From a virus, in IMG/VR virus record IMGVR_UViG_3300033142_000925, positions 1 to 64,000 of that record: DNA of 64,000 nucleotides; one strand, given 5' to 3'. Below the pieces are notes generated by a model, which saw only the letters and a list, made by a program, of their open reading frames with translations, did not search any database and was not told where the DNA came from. The position numbers and the translations under genes are program-made. Of this stretch, positions 46,058 to 57,074 are shown piece after piece. Each line of letters opens with the position of its first letter. Positions within the stretch are counted from its first letter, which is position 1.

Positions 46058-47175
46058 CAGTATATCACCTTATCATGGAGCCGGTCCTTCAGTTTAACAC
46101 TGACACGGTTCACGAACGCTTTATTCTCTGAGTTCCGCAGCGTATGAAGGTTGGTCAAGGCTGTGAACGTCGGATGGTAGGTAAACTGGGCCGTATATGG
46201 AATTGCAGGCTTCGTAACGTTCCATTTTAGTTCATTTCGACCAAAAACCTCTACATCGTTGCCCGGACCGGTCGTATAATCGGTTCCGTCCTTCGTGATC
46301 ACCCTCAAAACCCTACTCAGATCATAATAGGCTGTCACCACGTCGTTTCCTGCCACTAACGAGGGTTGAATTACCACCGAACCGATCTGCTCCTGCGAGA
46401 GGGCTGTGAATAGGTCCTCTGGCGCTGGTTGAGCCCAGTAAGGAACCACAAGTATTGCATCCGCATCTTCAAGGACATACGGCTGCTCGTACCTGATTCT
46501 CCCGGAGACGCCGGTAAGCATGAAGTCAAACGGCTTCACATACGTATAATCCACTTCTAAAACGTCACCAACTTCCCATGTACCCATAGCAGTGAGGGTG
46601 ATATATTCCTTTGTAGCACTCGCAACCGTATAGGTCTCTGTCTTGGTCGTATTATATACTCGGGTTACCTCATCAACAGATCCCTCATATGATTTGCCCT
46701 TCTCTATGAACCGGGCGGCCACTACTCTCAACACGTTGGTAGCGTAGACATCAGAGTTCTCGTCGGTCACGGCTACCAGTGGTGAATAGGTATAGGTTGT
46801 AGTCAGAAGCCGGTGCAATGCTGGATAAGGTGGGTCGAGTTGAATATAGGACCCATCAGCCGGTTGCGATACAGCCAGCACAAGCGGCACATCCTTATGA
46901 AAGACTTGCGGCGTTCCTATTACAGGTATGTACTTTGGATATACTCGACCGGTGCTGCTATGCCTTGCCACCTCATCAAGAATCTGAAAGCTGTCCGGGT
47001 TCCTATAAATCGAACCACGTCCCGCACATACGGTACAATTCGGATCGGGTCTCATCGTGTCAGGGTTCAGACAGGAACATTTGACAGCCTGCGTCCACCG
47101 GAGCCACTGTCCGTGTCGGGCGAGAGCTTCTTCATATCTGCGAACGGTTTGAAATGTCCTGAAGGCGTCAGCCAT
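46057..47175 (-). CDS. Putative head closure protein
   Basis: W..AVKCSC....CTVCAGRG Zn motif; position after the adaptor. Confidence 0.6.
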   Translation of the reverse strand: MADAFRTFQTVRRYEEALARHGQWLRWTQAVKCSCLNPDTMRPDPNCTVCAGRGSIYRNPDSFQILDEVARHSSTGRVYPKYIPVIGTPQVFHKDVPLVLAVSQPADGSYIQLDPPYPALHRLLTTTYTYSPLVAVTDENSDVYATNVLRVVAARFIEKGKSYEGSVDEVTRVYNTTKTETYTVASATKEYITLTAMGTWEVGDVLEVDYTYVKPFDFMLTGVSGRIRYEQPYVLEDADAILVVPYWAQPAPEDLFTALSQEQIGSVVIQPSLVAGNDVVTAYYDLSRVLRVITKDGTDYTTGPGNDVEVFGRNELKWNVTKPAIPYTAQFTYHPTFTALTNLHTLRNSENKAFVNRVSVKLKDRLHDKVIY

Positions 47176-47185
47176 ATCCTCTCCC

Positions 47186-48316
47186 CTACGTTATGATGCT
47201 GATCGGTATCGGTGCAAACTTGTACCGGTTCTTTTCCAACCATGAAGTAATTTCATCTGAATACTGTTTGATCCTCGCTCCAAAATAGGCGCTCGTTGCA
47301 CTTTGAGTTGAGCTAAAGCTCTCACTGAGCCCATCCAGACTGACCGACTGGCTTGAGAATCCTGCCAGCAGCCCATCACCGATGACCGAGAGACACTTAA
47401 TTGTAGCATATTTAGCTATCACACTTCTAAGCCCGTCCGGTACGAGGTCGGCATTCTTGTATCCGGTCTCATAATCGAACTCGAAAGCGTCAGGGTACTT
47501 GGCTCCATTATTTCTTGTCCATAAGGGACCATACACAGAGTACGGACCATAACTGAAACCGCCCTGCGGGAACATATGAACCTGTCCGAGTTGCTTCTCT
47601 ACCCTGAGCCAGTCATTCGCGATCATGTCCATAATCTCACCGCCGACCGGAGAGTTCCACTTCGCTCGGGTGACCTTGATGATCGGAAAATGCCTGAACT
47701 GAATGAAGCCATACTTGGTCCACAGTTGTGGATCGAACTCATAAGGCTCATCCTCATTGGTATAATCCACACCTTCTCGCCAGAGCCTCGACTGTACCAG
47801 TGAATCCGCTGGTCGTGTGACCCATGACTTTCGTCGGATGTCCATAGTCAAAAGGGATTCGAACTCGCTCACGGCTTCCCGTGCAATCTGCCGGAACTGC
47901 TCATCCTCCCATTCACTCTGCGCAATGTCAGAACCGATACTATCGATTCCCCACATCATGGTATATCGTAAATCGTCAGGGGTGTAGATGTCTCCCCACT
48001 CTCCCGGAGGTGGTTTGTAATTTCCAAAGGTGTACCCGATCTTATCGACCTCTGTCCCACCCTGAATCGCTGCGGACTGATCACTCTCCGCCCCCGCCGG
48101 TTCTTTAAAATAGGAGGTCTTATACCACTTCGTACTGTCGCCTGCCGCATCATCATAATAGTATTTTGTCTGTTCAGGAATAAGCGGAAGCCGTGTATTT
48201 ACATCAGTAATCTCAACATACGCACCACCCTCAGTATCAGATCGATATATCTTGATCCGGTCATAGTATTCCAAAACATGAGAGATGTTATTTACGTCTA
48301 CTAATAGTCTTACCAT
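47186..48316 (-). CDS. Head-tail adaptor protein
   Basis: YETGY, IGDGLLAGFSSQSVSLDGLSES..STQSA..GARI motif. Confidence 0.7.
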   Translation of the reverse strand: MVRLLVDVNNISHVLEYYDRIKIYRSDTEGGAYVEITDVNTRLPLIPEQTKYYYDDAAGDSTKWYKTSYFKEPAGAESDQSAAIQGGTEVDKIGYTFGNYKPPPGEWGDIYTPDDLRYTMMWGIDSIGSDIAQSEWEDEQFRQIAREAVSEFESLLTMDIRRKSWVTRPADSLVQSRLWREGVDYTNEDEPYEFDPQLWTKYGFIQFRHFPIIKVTRAKWNSPVGGEIMDMIANDWLRVEKQLGQVHMFPQGGFSYGPYSVYGPLWTRNNGAKYPDAFEFDYETGYKNADLVPDGLRSVIAKYATIKCLSVIGDGLLAGFSSQSVSLDGLSESFSSTQSATSAYFGARIKQYSDEITSWLEKNRYKFAPIPISIIT

Positions 48317-48501
48317 CAGTTTCCTCCTGTCAGGGCGCTCGTTATTTCAGGGGCAACAATCTTCGCCCCTGCTGCATCGGGTTCACCCGTAACCTCTGCC
48401 TCCGCTATCTCCGGCTCTTTGGGAATACTCGCCCCTGCCACACTGGGAGACCCCGGAAGTGACGCAATCGTCAACGGTGTGAATGCCGGATCAGTAGCCA
48501 T
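48316..48501 (-). CDS. Small Pro/Ala-rich hypothetical protein
   Basis: Overlaps both neighbours; FTP..ASLPG.P motif. Confidence 0.45.
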   Translation of the reverse strand: MATDPAFTPLTIASLPGSPSVAGASIPKEPEIAEAEVTGEPDAAGAKIVAPEITSALTGGN

Positions 48502-48703
48502 AAACCAAACCCCTTATTATCAATTGTAACACACGATATACAGATGTCGGAGTGTGGGCCTTAACAAGCTCGGGACCTCCCGGAAGTGCCGCCCTTTCCA
48601 AGCTCGGAGTGAATGTGGGTAGAATACCCGCTCCCACACCCTCACCAAACCCATCCGTAATAATAAGATTGCTGTCTCCATACCCTTCAAGAATCAAACT
48701 CAC
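48491..48703 (-). CDS. Small hypothetical protein
   Basis: GTGA overlap with upstream gene; IITDGFG and FTP..AALPG.P motifs. Confidence 0.45.
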   Translation of the reverse strand: MSLILEGYGDSNLIITDGFGEGVGAGILPTFTPSLERAALPGGPELVKAHTPTSVYRVLQLIIRGLVYGY

Positions 48704-50949
48704 ACCCGAACCCTCTCAAAAACATTCTGATAGGCAGGGTTACCATCTACATCCAATAAATTAAAACGCATGACCTCAGTCACATTATCAGCCTTATAGA
48801 AAATCTCTTGATTGGCGTCCTCATCTATGAGCCTTCGTCCACCAGCCTGATCCCACAATAGGACCATAAACTCACCCATGCTTCCAGATATCGGAGTACC
48901 CGGAACAAGGTCCCACACCGCCGCAGATATGGTATTCAGAGACTTAATGGTATCTATCACTGTCATCCCGGCTGAGTTGTCAGTCACGATTCCTGTACCT
49001 TTGATTATTGCCAAACCACCTGTACAGGAAGCATCCAGTATGATAGTTACCTCACGGGCGCTTATATCAACAACACATCCCGCCACCGCATTCACTATCT
49101 GAACAGTTCCCGCATCGGCTATTAAAGAAACTGTCGAAGCTACACCGTTGAAGTCGATGATCGTCGGCACGCTTCCAAATGATACATTCCGTCCACTGAC
49201 AAGACTCCCTGCTCCGAGCGTTATGGTATTGTACAGTCCACAACCCTCCATCAGGAGACTTGCCGTCACGGTGATCCCGTCAACGAGACAATCAATAAAC
49301 TGACAGTTGACCAGTGCGGCAGCCCCGGCGATATACAGTCTTTCAAATCCACAATTGGTATACGTATCAGCAACCCCGAGCGTGAATACATCCGAGACTA
49401 CTGCCCCGGCTCCGAAGAAACTGTACCCGCTAAACGATTGTCCCGGCGTAACCGCTCCTTTGACTGAATACCTATACAGGTTGTAGTTGGCAGCTATCAA
49501 GATCGCATCAGCAAAGTCATCTACCGGAGCGCTTATCGTACCGAACGGAAATACCGTTCCTGAATCGCCACTACCAGAATCATAATAAACCTGATCCCAC
49601 GTCGGAATCGTAATGCTCTCAGGATTGATCAACTCGTTATCGACCGTCGCACCGTTAGAATTATCAGTGAGTTTCGCAGTACCTCGACAAACAATCGTTC
49701 CACCGGTCACCGTCGATTCCAAGATGATCTGCCCTGTAGCCATATCAATACTGACCGCATCGGCTCCTGTCTTGTTGATGAGTCTAATCCCACCATTGTA
49801 CCCACGAAGTGCCAGCGGTTGACCTGCTCCACCGCAATCTATTGTCGGAGTCGCTTGTCCCGGCACACCACTGAAACAGTTCAGGATATGAGCAACTGCT
49901 GACCCACCTAACGTGATTATTCCAAGAAGAATAGAGTCGTGAATCTCTCCGTTGACATAGTTCAGCGTACCTACATGACAATGCTCTATCGTCGTCCCAC
50001 CATCCAGCACCCCTGAAACGGTACAGTCTCGTATCTCACAGTTGAGAGTTAGTGCATCTGTACCTATAACCAAAGCAGTCTGGGTAGCATTCCTGCCGAT
50101 CAGCGTGAAGTTCGCTACGTTGTCTCCCGATCCTAATGTGATATTGGACAACATCTGTAGCGTATCAAATCCTTTCACGTTAGCAATCAGAACCGCATCA
50201 GGTATGTTGTCCACCGGAAACTCTCTCGTACCTATTGGATAACCAATACCAGAGATTCCAGAACCGGTATCCACCCACACCGCATTCTGATAACTACTGT
50301 ACTGGATTGCTTCAAGTTCCTGCGTGGTACCCGATGATGATGATTCCTTCGAGACTGTGGTAAACGCGGTTGATATGAGCGCCGGTATCGGGTCGCCTAC
50401 GTCATCAACCGCTACCAGATTCCCAGATTTAATATCGCACTCTACCACATGATAAAAGCTATACCCGTCTCCCGATTCCCACGTATCATCTGACCCACCC
50501 GTTAGTGGGTAGGTTTTCACGTGGGTCGCGTCTATCCGCTCAATGACTGTCGCCAGTGAACCATCGGTGTTGTTGAAAGCGACATCCCCCGGCTCGATCA
50601 GATCTGAAACGAAGTCAGCCAAACCATCGGTAAGGATAACGCCGGGGAGTCCATTTGTTGTTTCTCCTGCTGTGGTGGTCCCTGTAGAGGAAACGGTAAC
50701 CCGTTGCTCAAACGCCAGTTGAGCATTCTGCAACGTAGCGGTGATACTTACTAACGAAGCCCCACCAAGCGCTTCCTTTCCACCAGCATCGAGTAATGGT
50801 TTATCGTCAAGGCTTTCCTGTGCTGGCTCAAGTATACCGCGAATGGTATCCACCAAATCTTGAACTGAGATGGTAATGGACGGAGCCTCGACTACTATTA
50901 CCCGAGGACTCCTCCACCATTCTACATGAACATCTGACCGTTCAGCCAC
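48700..50949 (-). CDS. Putative virion fibre protein with duplicated beta-helix modules
   Basis: Two copies of V..D.GSG.SG..P.GT...PVD...DA..IA each followed by beta-helix-like text ending G....TDNS.G.TV. Confidence 0.6.
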   Translation of the reverse strand: MAERSDVHVEWWRSPRVIVVEAPSITISVQDLVDTIRGILEPAQESLDDKPLLDAGGKEALGGASLVSITATLQNAQLAFEQRVTVSSTGTTTAGETTNGLPGVILTDGLADFVSDLIEPGDVAFNNTDGSLATVIERIDATHVKTYPLTGGSDDTWESGDGYSFYHVVECDIKSGNLVAVDDVGDPIPALISTAFTTVSKESSSSGTTQELEAIQYSSYQNAVWVDTGSGISGIGYPIGTREFPVDNIPDAVLIANVKGFDTLQMLSNITLGSGDNVANFTLIGRNATQTALVIGTDALTLNCEIRDCTVSGVLDGGTTIEHCHVGTLNYVNGEIHDSILLGIITLGGSAVAHILNCFSGVPGQATPTIDCGGAGQPLALRGYNGGIRLINKTGADAVSIDMATGQIILESTVTGGTIVCRGTAKLTDNSNGATVDNELINPESITIPTWDQVYYDSGSGDSGTVFPFGTISAPVDDFADAILIAANYNLYRYSVKGAVTPGQSFSGYSFFGAGAVVSDVFTLGVADTYTNCGFERLYIAGAAALVNCQFIDCLVDGITVTASLLMEGCGLYNTITLGAGSLVSGRNVSFGSVPTIIDFNGVASTVSLIADAGTVQIVNAVAGCVVDISAREVTIILDASCTGGLAIIKGTGIVTDNSAGMTVIDTIKSLNTISAAVWDLVPGTPISGSMGEFMVLLWDQAGGRRLIDEDANQEIFYKADNVTEVMRFNLLDVDGNPAYQNVFERVRV

Positions 50950-50958
50950 ACTTTCTCC

Positions 50959-53900
50959 CTACGGTAGATTTACTACCGAGTCAGTATTCAATACCGCACC
51001 TATGGACACTCCCGCCTCACCGAAGATAGCGTCCGTTTCGAACGGTTCCTTTCCCTTAACCCTCGCTACCGCAACAAGATTGATCGGCGCTACATACTGG
51101 ATCAGATTACTCAAGCTCGCGCCACCCGCAGTTGTCTCGATAAACACGACGTGTGCATTATCGGTAGGTGTAAGATCCACACCTCCGGTGATATCTCCAA
51201 TGGTTCCCGAGGCCAACGTGTAAATGTTGGTTACCCGGTCCACTGAACTATAGATAAAACTTAGATAGTTTCCCGTGTCGTTCGGGTCCAAAATCCTTAT
51301 GACCCCTGAATCAGGTACGTCATTCGGTGTTGGAGATACCGAGCGGGTTCCAAGCGCCAGCAAGATTGTCGCGTCTCCCAGCCTATTATTCGGGTTCAAT
51401 GTTCCGACTGTAAACTCACCGCGCAGGATAGCTCTACTTCCTACTCCATCAGATCGATATGCCGCTGCCTTAACCCCAGAAGTCAAACCAATAATCGCCA
51501 AGGTCTGAAGGTTCGGTGGATCGTAGGTGTCACCAGCATTGTCGATAAGCTGGATATTCCTAACATCTGCCGTAGCAAGGTAACCCTTCTCGATGTACAC
51601 ACCCTGAGCGCCCTGAACCAGTGTACCGGCTCTTGCACCCATCTGAGATGCACCACGCACCTCTGTAAAGGTAGACCATGCCCGCCTGTAGATTCTGCCC
51701 TCGGTATAATCGGCATCCGTCAGACCGGCCACATTTACCTGATAAACCGATTCCTTCATTAAGATGAACTTCCAGTACTCATACACGGCCTTGACCGCCT
51801 GAGCGTTTACCGGGGTTCCAGCAACCGTTCGAGTAATATCACCCGAAACAACTATCTTGTAGTTCTTGTCGCCCACACCCCCACCGATGTCTTTCGGTGC
51901 GCCATCAGCCGCCGCCGCATCACCCCAATCTGCCACCACTGAGGGGGTAAAAGTTCCACCGGAACCGGCCCCTGTCACAAGGTTTACAGCGTTGAACGGA
52001 GTAGCATTTGCCATCTCAACATAAACGTAGGTGTCATCGTACTCCATGAAATATCCCTGAGCCCCCGAAGTGGCCTGAGTCAAAAGCTCGCCAAGAACAA
52101 GGGCAATCGAGGGGGTCGCAGAGGTGAGACGCTTCTGAACCATCATGACCCGAATATCGGTATCGTATCCAGCTACCTCATCAGCGACCGCATTCACGGT
52201 ACTGGTAGCGCCAGAAACTACTCCGGTGATTGTATCAGTGTTGACAAGGTTCGTAGCGCCCTTATTGTTCCAATAAATTGTTCCTGTTCCACCGACCGTA
52301 GCCTCAGTAACTACAACCCGTTTCGTAATAACCCCCGCGCCATCAACTATGATCGCCTCTTCACCGGCTTCGAAGGTTCCTGTTCCACCACTCTGCGTGG
52401 ATGAATACTGCGCGGTATTGTTGTTCAAACTATCAGAACCGTTCGAGATGAATACTGCATTCTGACCACCAGCAGGGGTGTTAACCTGTGCGGAGTCATA
52501 GGTACTGAAGTATGGCCGCAAGTGCCATGTCAGCGATCCCGCGTTGATCAACTGTCCCAGTGCTGGAACGGTCGGGTTGATATATCTCGGATTTGTAGAT
52601 GTCTTGATTTTCACCAGCGCATCCACATGACCTTCCAACCACCACGAGTCCTGAACCTCTTCGTCCTGCTCTAAGAATAGATCCGGCTGCGGAGTCGGGT
52701 TCGAAATACTGTAGAAGAATCCATGATCCCCGATAGCGTTGACAACTCCCGCTGACTGGTAGTTTCCGATGAGGTTGTTTCCAGCACTATCCTTGAAAGC
52801 TCCCTTTTCAATGAACCTGAAAGAAAGGTCCGGGATAAGATAGTCATTCAGAATCGTATACAACTGGTCTCGTACATCACCATCAAGGGCCGGTTTGTCA
52901 TCCAACTGCCCAAGCTCTTGAAATAGCTCAACCGCGTATGTGTAAAAGGCATTCGCACTTCTCACAAGGTTCAAACTGAGAGTGGGGAAGATACCTCCCT
53001 GATTCACTCTCTGTTGTTTCCGTGAACCGTCCGGGATGTTTACCAGTGCCCCGGTATCCAGATAGAAGTTCTGAGCATTCTCAACCTCTGCAACTTTAAG
53101 CCATGTATCATCGGACTGAAGCACTTCGATGTCTGCCGCGTCGTTCCAGTTTGCTCCTGTCTTTCCAGCAAGTATAAGTTTTCCACTGGCGTCACCGTCG
53201 TCGATCACCGCAAGGACACGTCCCTGAATGGTATTGGCAACCGAATCCTGTATGACATCCCCTACCGAGAAAACCGAACCGGCAACAAGGTTGTCGTAAT
53301 ACACAACATCTTGAATGTAGAGCGCATTGTTATTGATCCATGCTGCCGCTGAAACGTCCGAGTCGATCACACGTATGGACCCAAGTAGCGCTGTCCCGAA
53401 CACTTTCTGAGCGTACCCTTGAGCCCCTGTCACTCCTGTAGTATCAGATATACGTGCATCGTCCGGTACAATGAGCGTTCCAGCATCATCGTAGTGGATG
53501 ATCTCACAGTTGTTCGTATCTGTCGCTCCCGGAACTTCAAGAATCCCAGCAACCTGAGTGGTCCCGAGTTTCACACTATTATCCGTCTCAGTTCCGTCTG
53601 CCGCACATACGTTTGTGGCACTGATATCCAGAGTCTCATCATTCACAAAACCCGTTGTCAGTGTGTCTCCGTAGAATGTACCATGCCCTGCTACCCCATC
53701 AATATTGTACTCGATGAACCGGATCGTCATGATCCCGGTCGCGCCCGATATCACAGCCCCGATCCTGATCAGGTCCTTTCCAGCTTCGATCACTCCATCA
53801 AAATCAAGTGTGCTTAGGACTTCGATGAGTTCGTTGTCCTCGAATTGTCCAAGTACGTTGGTGAGGGCCAACACACCGGTAACAATCGGAGTTCCACCGG

Positions 53901-54060
53901 TTACCGACAAAATCTTTCCAAGCGCCCCGCTGTCTGCTCCCCGAACGTAGTCGCCGACTTCAGGGGCATTCGATGTACCAATATCATAGGTCAGGAGACC
54001 GTCGATATGTGATATAACTTTAGCACTGTAATTAAAATCCCAACAATCTGATATAGCCAT
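50959..54060 (-). CDS. Large putative virion structural protein (1033 aa)
   Basis: G/T/A/V-rich repeated beta modules; in the structural operon between capsid and neck. Confidence 0.6.
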   Translation of the reverse strand: MAISDCWDFNYSAKVISHIDGLLTYDIGTSNAPEVGDYVRGADSGALGKILSVTGGTPIVTGVLALTNVLGQFEDNELIEVLSTLDFDGVIEAGKDLIRIGAVISGATGIMTIRFIEYNIDGVAGHGTFYGDTLTTGFVNDETLDISATNVCAADGTETDNSVKLGTTQVAGILEVPGATDTNNCEIIHYDDAGTLIVPDDARISDTTGVTGAQGYAQKVFGTALLGSIRVIDSDVSAAAWINNNALYIQDVVYYDNLVAGSVFSVGDVIQDSVANTIQGRVLAVIDDGDASGKLILAGKTGANWNDAADIEVLQSDDTWLKVAEVENAQNFYLDTGALVNIPDGSRKQQRVNQGGIFPTLSLNLVRSANAFYTYAVELFQELGQLDDKPALDGDVRDQLYTILNDYLIPDLSFRFIEKGAFKDSAGNNLIGNYQSAGVVNAIGDHGFFYSISNPTPQPDLFLEQDEEVQDSWWLEGHVDALVKIKTSTNPRYINPTVPALGQLINAGSLTWHLRPYFSTYDSAQVNTPAGGQNAVFISNGSDSLNNNTAQYSSTQSGGTGTFEAGEEAIIVDGAGVITKRVVVTEATVGGTGTIYWNNKGATNLVNTDTITGVVSGATSTVNAVADEVAGYDTDIRVMMVQKRLTSATPSIALVLGELLTQATSGAQGYFMEYDDTYVYVEMANATPFNAVNLVTGAGSGGTFTPSVVADWGDAAAADGAPKDIGGGVGDKNYKIVVSGDITRTVAGTPVNAQAVKAVYEYWKFILMKESVYQVNVAGLTDADYTEGRIYRRAWSTFTEVRGASQMGARAGTLVQGAQGVYIEKGYLATADVRNIQLIDNAGDTYDPPNLQTLAIIGLTSGVKAAAYRSDGVGSRAILRGEFTVGTLNPNNRLGDATILLALGTRSVSPTPNDVPDSGVIRILDPNDTGNYLSFIYSSVDRVTNIYTLASGTIGDITGGVDLTPTDNAHVVFIETTAGGASLSNLIQYVAPINLVAVARVKGKEPFETDAIFGEAGVSIGAVLNTDSVVNLP

Positions 54061-54063
54061 AGT

Positions 54064-54387
54064 TTACTCCTTAAACTCTTTGGGCCACTCGTCTTCAGGT
54101 ATGCCCCACTGCTTCGCCATCTCTACGAAGGCTTGCTTTTCGTCATGGAACGCCTTTATGAGCCTGCCATTACGCATCCAGATAAGATTCCCAGACACGG
54201 TATTTACTGTTTTCACAGCGCCGCACAAGCGACATCTGTGACCATCTATGAATACACCACAGGAGGGGCATATGGCATTAGCCCGTCCCTCCTCAGTAGA
54301 TAGATCGGTACTTACTTCAACTTCGACCTCTCCTGAACCGTCCATGGCTCGTAAAGTTTCCTTCTTTGTAGTCTTCGTCTTAGCCAT
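54064..54387 (-). CDS. Small Zn-ribbon protein
   Basis: CPSC...CRLC; AGGAGG RBS. Confidence 0.6.
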   Translation of the reverse strand: MAKTKTTKKETLRAMDGSGEVEVEVSTDLSTEEGRANAICPSCGVFIDGHRCRLCGAVKTVNTVSGNLIWMRNGRLIKAFHDEKQAFVEMAKQWGIPEDEWPKEFKE

Positions 54388-54396
54388 AAAACCCTC

Positions 54397-56661
54397 CTAT
54401 GGTAAATTGACTGACTTATCTCTGATCATCGTAAAGGGAACACTGAAGGTTCCCGTTATGGTATCACTTGCTGCGTTGAACTTGAAGCCTTTCTTTCTGG
54501 CAATCACGCTCACAGCTTGACTTCCTTCATAATTATAGTTGTCCGTAAAGATGCCGCTCGCGTTCGTGACACCCTCCGTGATCAACACCCCTACATCAGT
54601 CTCAATTCTTACATTAACATCGGACACTGCCAACCCTGCTTCGTTTTTACAGGTCACTGTGAGAGACACCGTATTGACGATTATCACCGCGCCTTGAGGA
54701 CTGCCCGTAAAGTAATCGCTTCCGGGATTCGATGTTCCCGAAGCGTTGATTTTCACAATACCGTCCCGGTTGACCTGAAATCGGCAGTCATAGGTTTGTG
54801 ATCCCCATGTTCCAGTATAGGTATTACACGTCTCGCTTCCTGAACCGGCAGCAAGGTACTCAACCTCCAACCTATTGGTAGCATCCCCGCCTGAGTACTC
54901 GATAGCTATATGATATTCGGTCGCGGCGACTAAGGTATACTCGTCCTCGAACTCAAAAGATACATCTGCAAAAGAGGTTAGCAGTGTGGATATATCGAGC
55001 GTGTTGCTCGTTGCCAACGCGGTCCCGGTAGGCGCACCACCTGAATTGGCGTACAGCTTGCAAACTACATTTCCGGTCGGAGAGTTCTGCTTGCGGATAC
55101 TCCAAATAGCCCGCGATAGACTTCCCGCCGTTCCTGTGAACTGCTGAGCTACTCGGGTTATCGAGCCTGAGTAGACATCAACATCCCCATCCTCTGTAGG
55201 TTGGTAGGAATCGACCAACGTCGCGTTCGTCGAGTTCTCGATATCTCCGGTCACCGATCCGGTGAAGACCATATCGTCGTATCCGAAGGTTCCAACAACA
55301 GAATGATGAGCGCCTATAGTACACGCAACAAAGGAACAATCCTTTACATTGTGCGACGTGGACGCGAGCCGGACCGCTCTGCCCGGTGAATTGATAAACT
55401 GGCAGTATTGAACAAGCAAGGTAGATACAAGAATCTCAGCGCAGTTTTCAAAGGTGGATGAGAGTACCTTCTTGTCTATGTTCTCCACCTGTAGTGTGAT
55501 TGTCGATAGATTCTGAAATATACAACCTCGAACACCGAACTTATCGACGTTCGTATCCGAAACATCCAACAACACGCCCACTGATCCTGCGTCTTTGACG
55601 GTGAACCCTGAAATACCCCGTCCACCAGTTTCAGTTCCCATATAGATTTCGGTCGTACCTGTCCCATTGCCTACGAAATTGAGTTCGTAGAAGTCGGCCG
55701 GGAATGCGGTGTCTTTGAAAACCAGAATCTGGGACTCATCCTCAAAGAACGTGTTATCCGTCCCTACGTTATCCCCGATAATGATCTTCCCTTGAATGAA
55801 ATAAACTCCCTCTTTTTTTTCTATGATCCCGAACTTCTTGAGGTCCTCCCCATTGGAGGCATCGGTCATGAAGTCATCAAACGTAGCAGGAGCGCCAGAG
55901 GTGCCTTGCTCTAAGGTCAGACCTGTCCCATAGTACATAACATCCCACCAGCAGTTGATCTTTGAACCAAGAGCGGTAACCGTGAAGGACCAGCCCACAT
56001 AATCGATATCTTCTGGATGCGGACCTATCGTGTAGGATGCTTCGATATTGTCATAGGCCGCATCCACGTGCATGGCAAACGGCACCCATCCACCATCGTA
56101 ACCCTGATCAGACCCGGCAAGCTCCCACTCCCCGTAGTTGTTGGTCGTGATCGTAGTAACTGAGTTAGTGGTCCCCGCTCCGGTCCCGGTTGGAATAGCC
56201 ATCACGGAGCCTGAGACAATCTGTGTGGCACTCTCCACATACCACGTATTGGTCCCGTTATCATAGGACAACAGTTGCCCAATCTGAACACCGTCATCAG
56301 TGACTTGTTTACCAACGTCAGAGGCCACACAGTTGATGTATCCCGCAGAAGATAGCGTGAACCATCTAACCTCGGCCTCGACCCTCATAATGATCCCACC
56401 ATTGGCCTTGAGGTCAAACTGAGAGGGGGTAGCACCGAGCATCCATCCGACAATCAATCCCCCGCTCATATCAGTATGTGTGCCATCACCCGCTGACAGT
56501 AAATCGTAGAGATGGACGGAGGTCGTCTTGGATACCTTCTTGGAGAGCGAACCTGTTCCTTCGACATAGACCTCCTCATCCAGCGTGGGCGAACCACTCC
56601 AATCGGTGGTTGCGTCTGCTGCTGAGATTAAGGTCATATTAGGGACGACTACGCCTGCCAT
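54397..56661 (-). CDS. Putative virion structural protein with beta-helix and C-terminal carboxypeptidase-regulatory-like domain
   Basis: C.F.N repeats; ...G.TNASG...ARKKG C-terminus; 754 aa. Confidence 0.55.
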   Translation of the reverse strand: MAGVVVPNMTLISAADATTDWSGSPTLDEEVYVEGTGSLSKKVSKTTSVHLYDLLSAGDGTHTDMSGGLIVGWMLGATPSQFDLKANGGIIMRVEAEVRWFTLSSAGYINCVASDVGKQVTDDGVQIGQLLSYDNGTNTWYVESATQIVSGSVMAIPTGTGAGTTNSVTTITTNNYGEWELAGSDQGYDGGWVPFAMHVDAAYDNIEASYTIGPHPEDIDYVGWSFTVTALGSKINCWWDVMYYGTGLTLEQGTSGAPATFDDFMTDASNGEDLKKFGIIEKKEGVYFIQGKIIIGDNVGTDNTFFEDESQILVFKDTAFPADFYELNFVGNGTGTTEIYMGTETGGRGISGFTVKDAGSVGVLLDVSDTNVDKFGVRGCIFQNLSTITLQVENIDKKVLSSTFENCAEILVSTLLVQYCQFINSPGRAVRLASTSHNVKDCSFVACTIGAHHSVVGTFGYDDMVFTGSVTGDIENSTNATLVDSYQPTEDGDVDVYSGSITRVAQQFTGTAGSLSRAIWSIRKQNSPTGNVVCKLYANSGGAPTGTALATSNTLDISTLLTSFADVSFEFEDEYTLVAATEYHIAIEYSGGDATNRLEVEYLAAGSGSETCNTYTGTWGSQTYDCRFQVNRDGIVKINASGTSNPGSDYFTGSPQGAVIIVNTVSLTVTCKNEAGLAVSDVNVRIETDVGVLITEGVTNASGIFTDNYNYEGSQAVSVIARKKGFKFNAASDTITGTFSVPFTMIRDKSVNLP

Positions 56662-57065
56662 TCAGCCTCCCTCTTCTTTGCAAACTCGGCGATCTCTACA
56701 CGGTCGTCTCCCCGGCAGTCATAGGACAAGCACGAGGCTGGTGGGTTCGGCCATACAGAACATTTCCCATCGATATGATAAGGACACCCTTTATGGGGAT
56801 CGACCGCCAAGGTAGCGAGATGAGTAGGCCGACCTGTTTTCTCTTTGAGCCAGTCAGGTGTATCGATATAGTGCATCTTGAACTTTCGGTTCAGGAACTC
56901 ATCTCGATTCATGACGGGGAATAGACTCCCTTTGCAACACGGAGCCTCACACCCTTCACACATGGATGGTTGACGCGGACCTTGCTCTATGGTCGCTACT
57001 TTGAGTTTGTCGCCGTTAGCGGCTATCGTGATGTTCCACACTTGAACAAGGTGTTTATCTTCCAT
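56649..57065 (-). CDS. YkgJ-family Cys-cluster (CxxCxxxCC) protein
   Basis: CEGCEAPCC...CPY...CSVW..PP.SC..YDC. Confidence 0.75.
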   Translation of the reverse strand: MEDKHLVQVWNITIAANGDKLKVATIEQGPRQPSMCEGCEAPCCKGSLFPVMNRDEFLNRKFKMHYIDTPDWLKEKTGRPTHLATLAVDPHKGCPYHIDGKCSVWPNPPASCLSYDCRGDDRVEIAEFAKKREAEWQA

Positions 57066-57074
57066 CCTGTTTTC

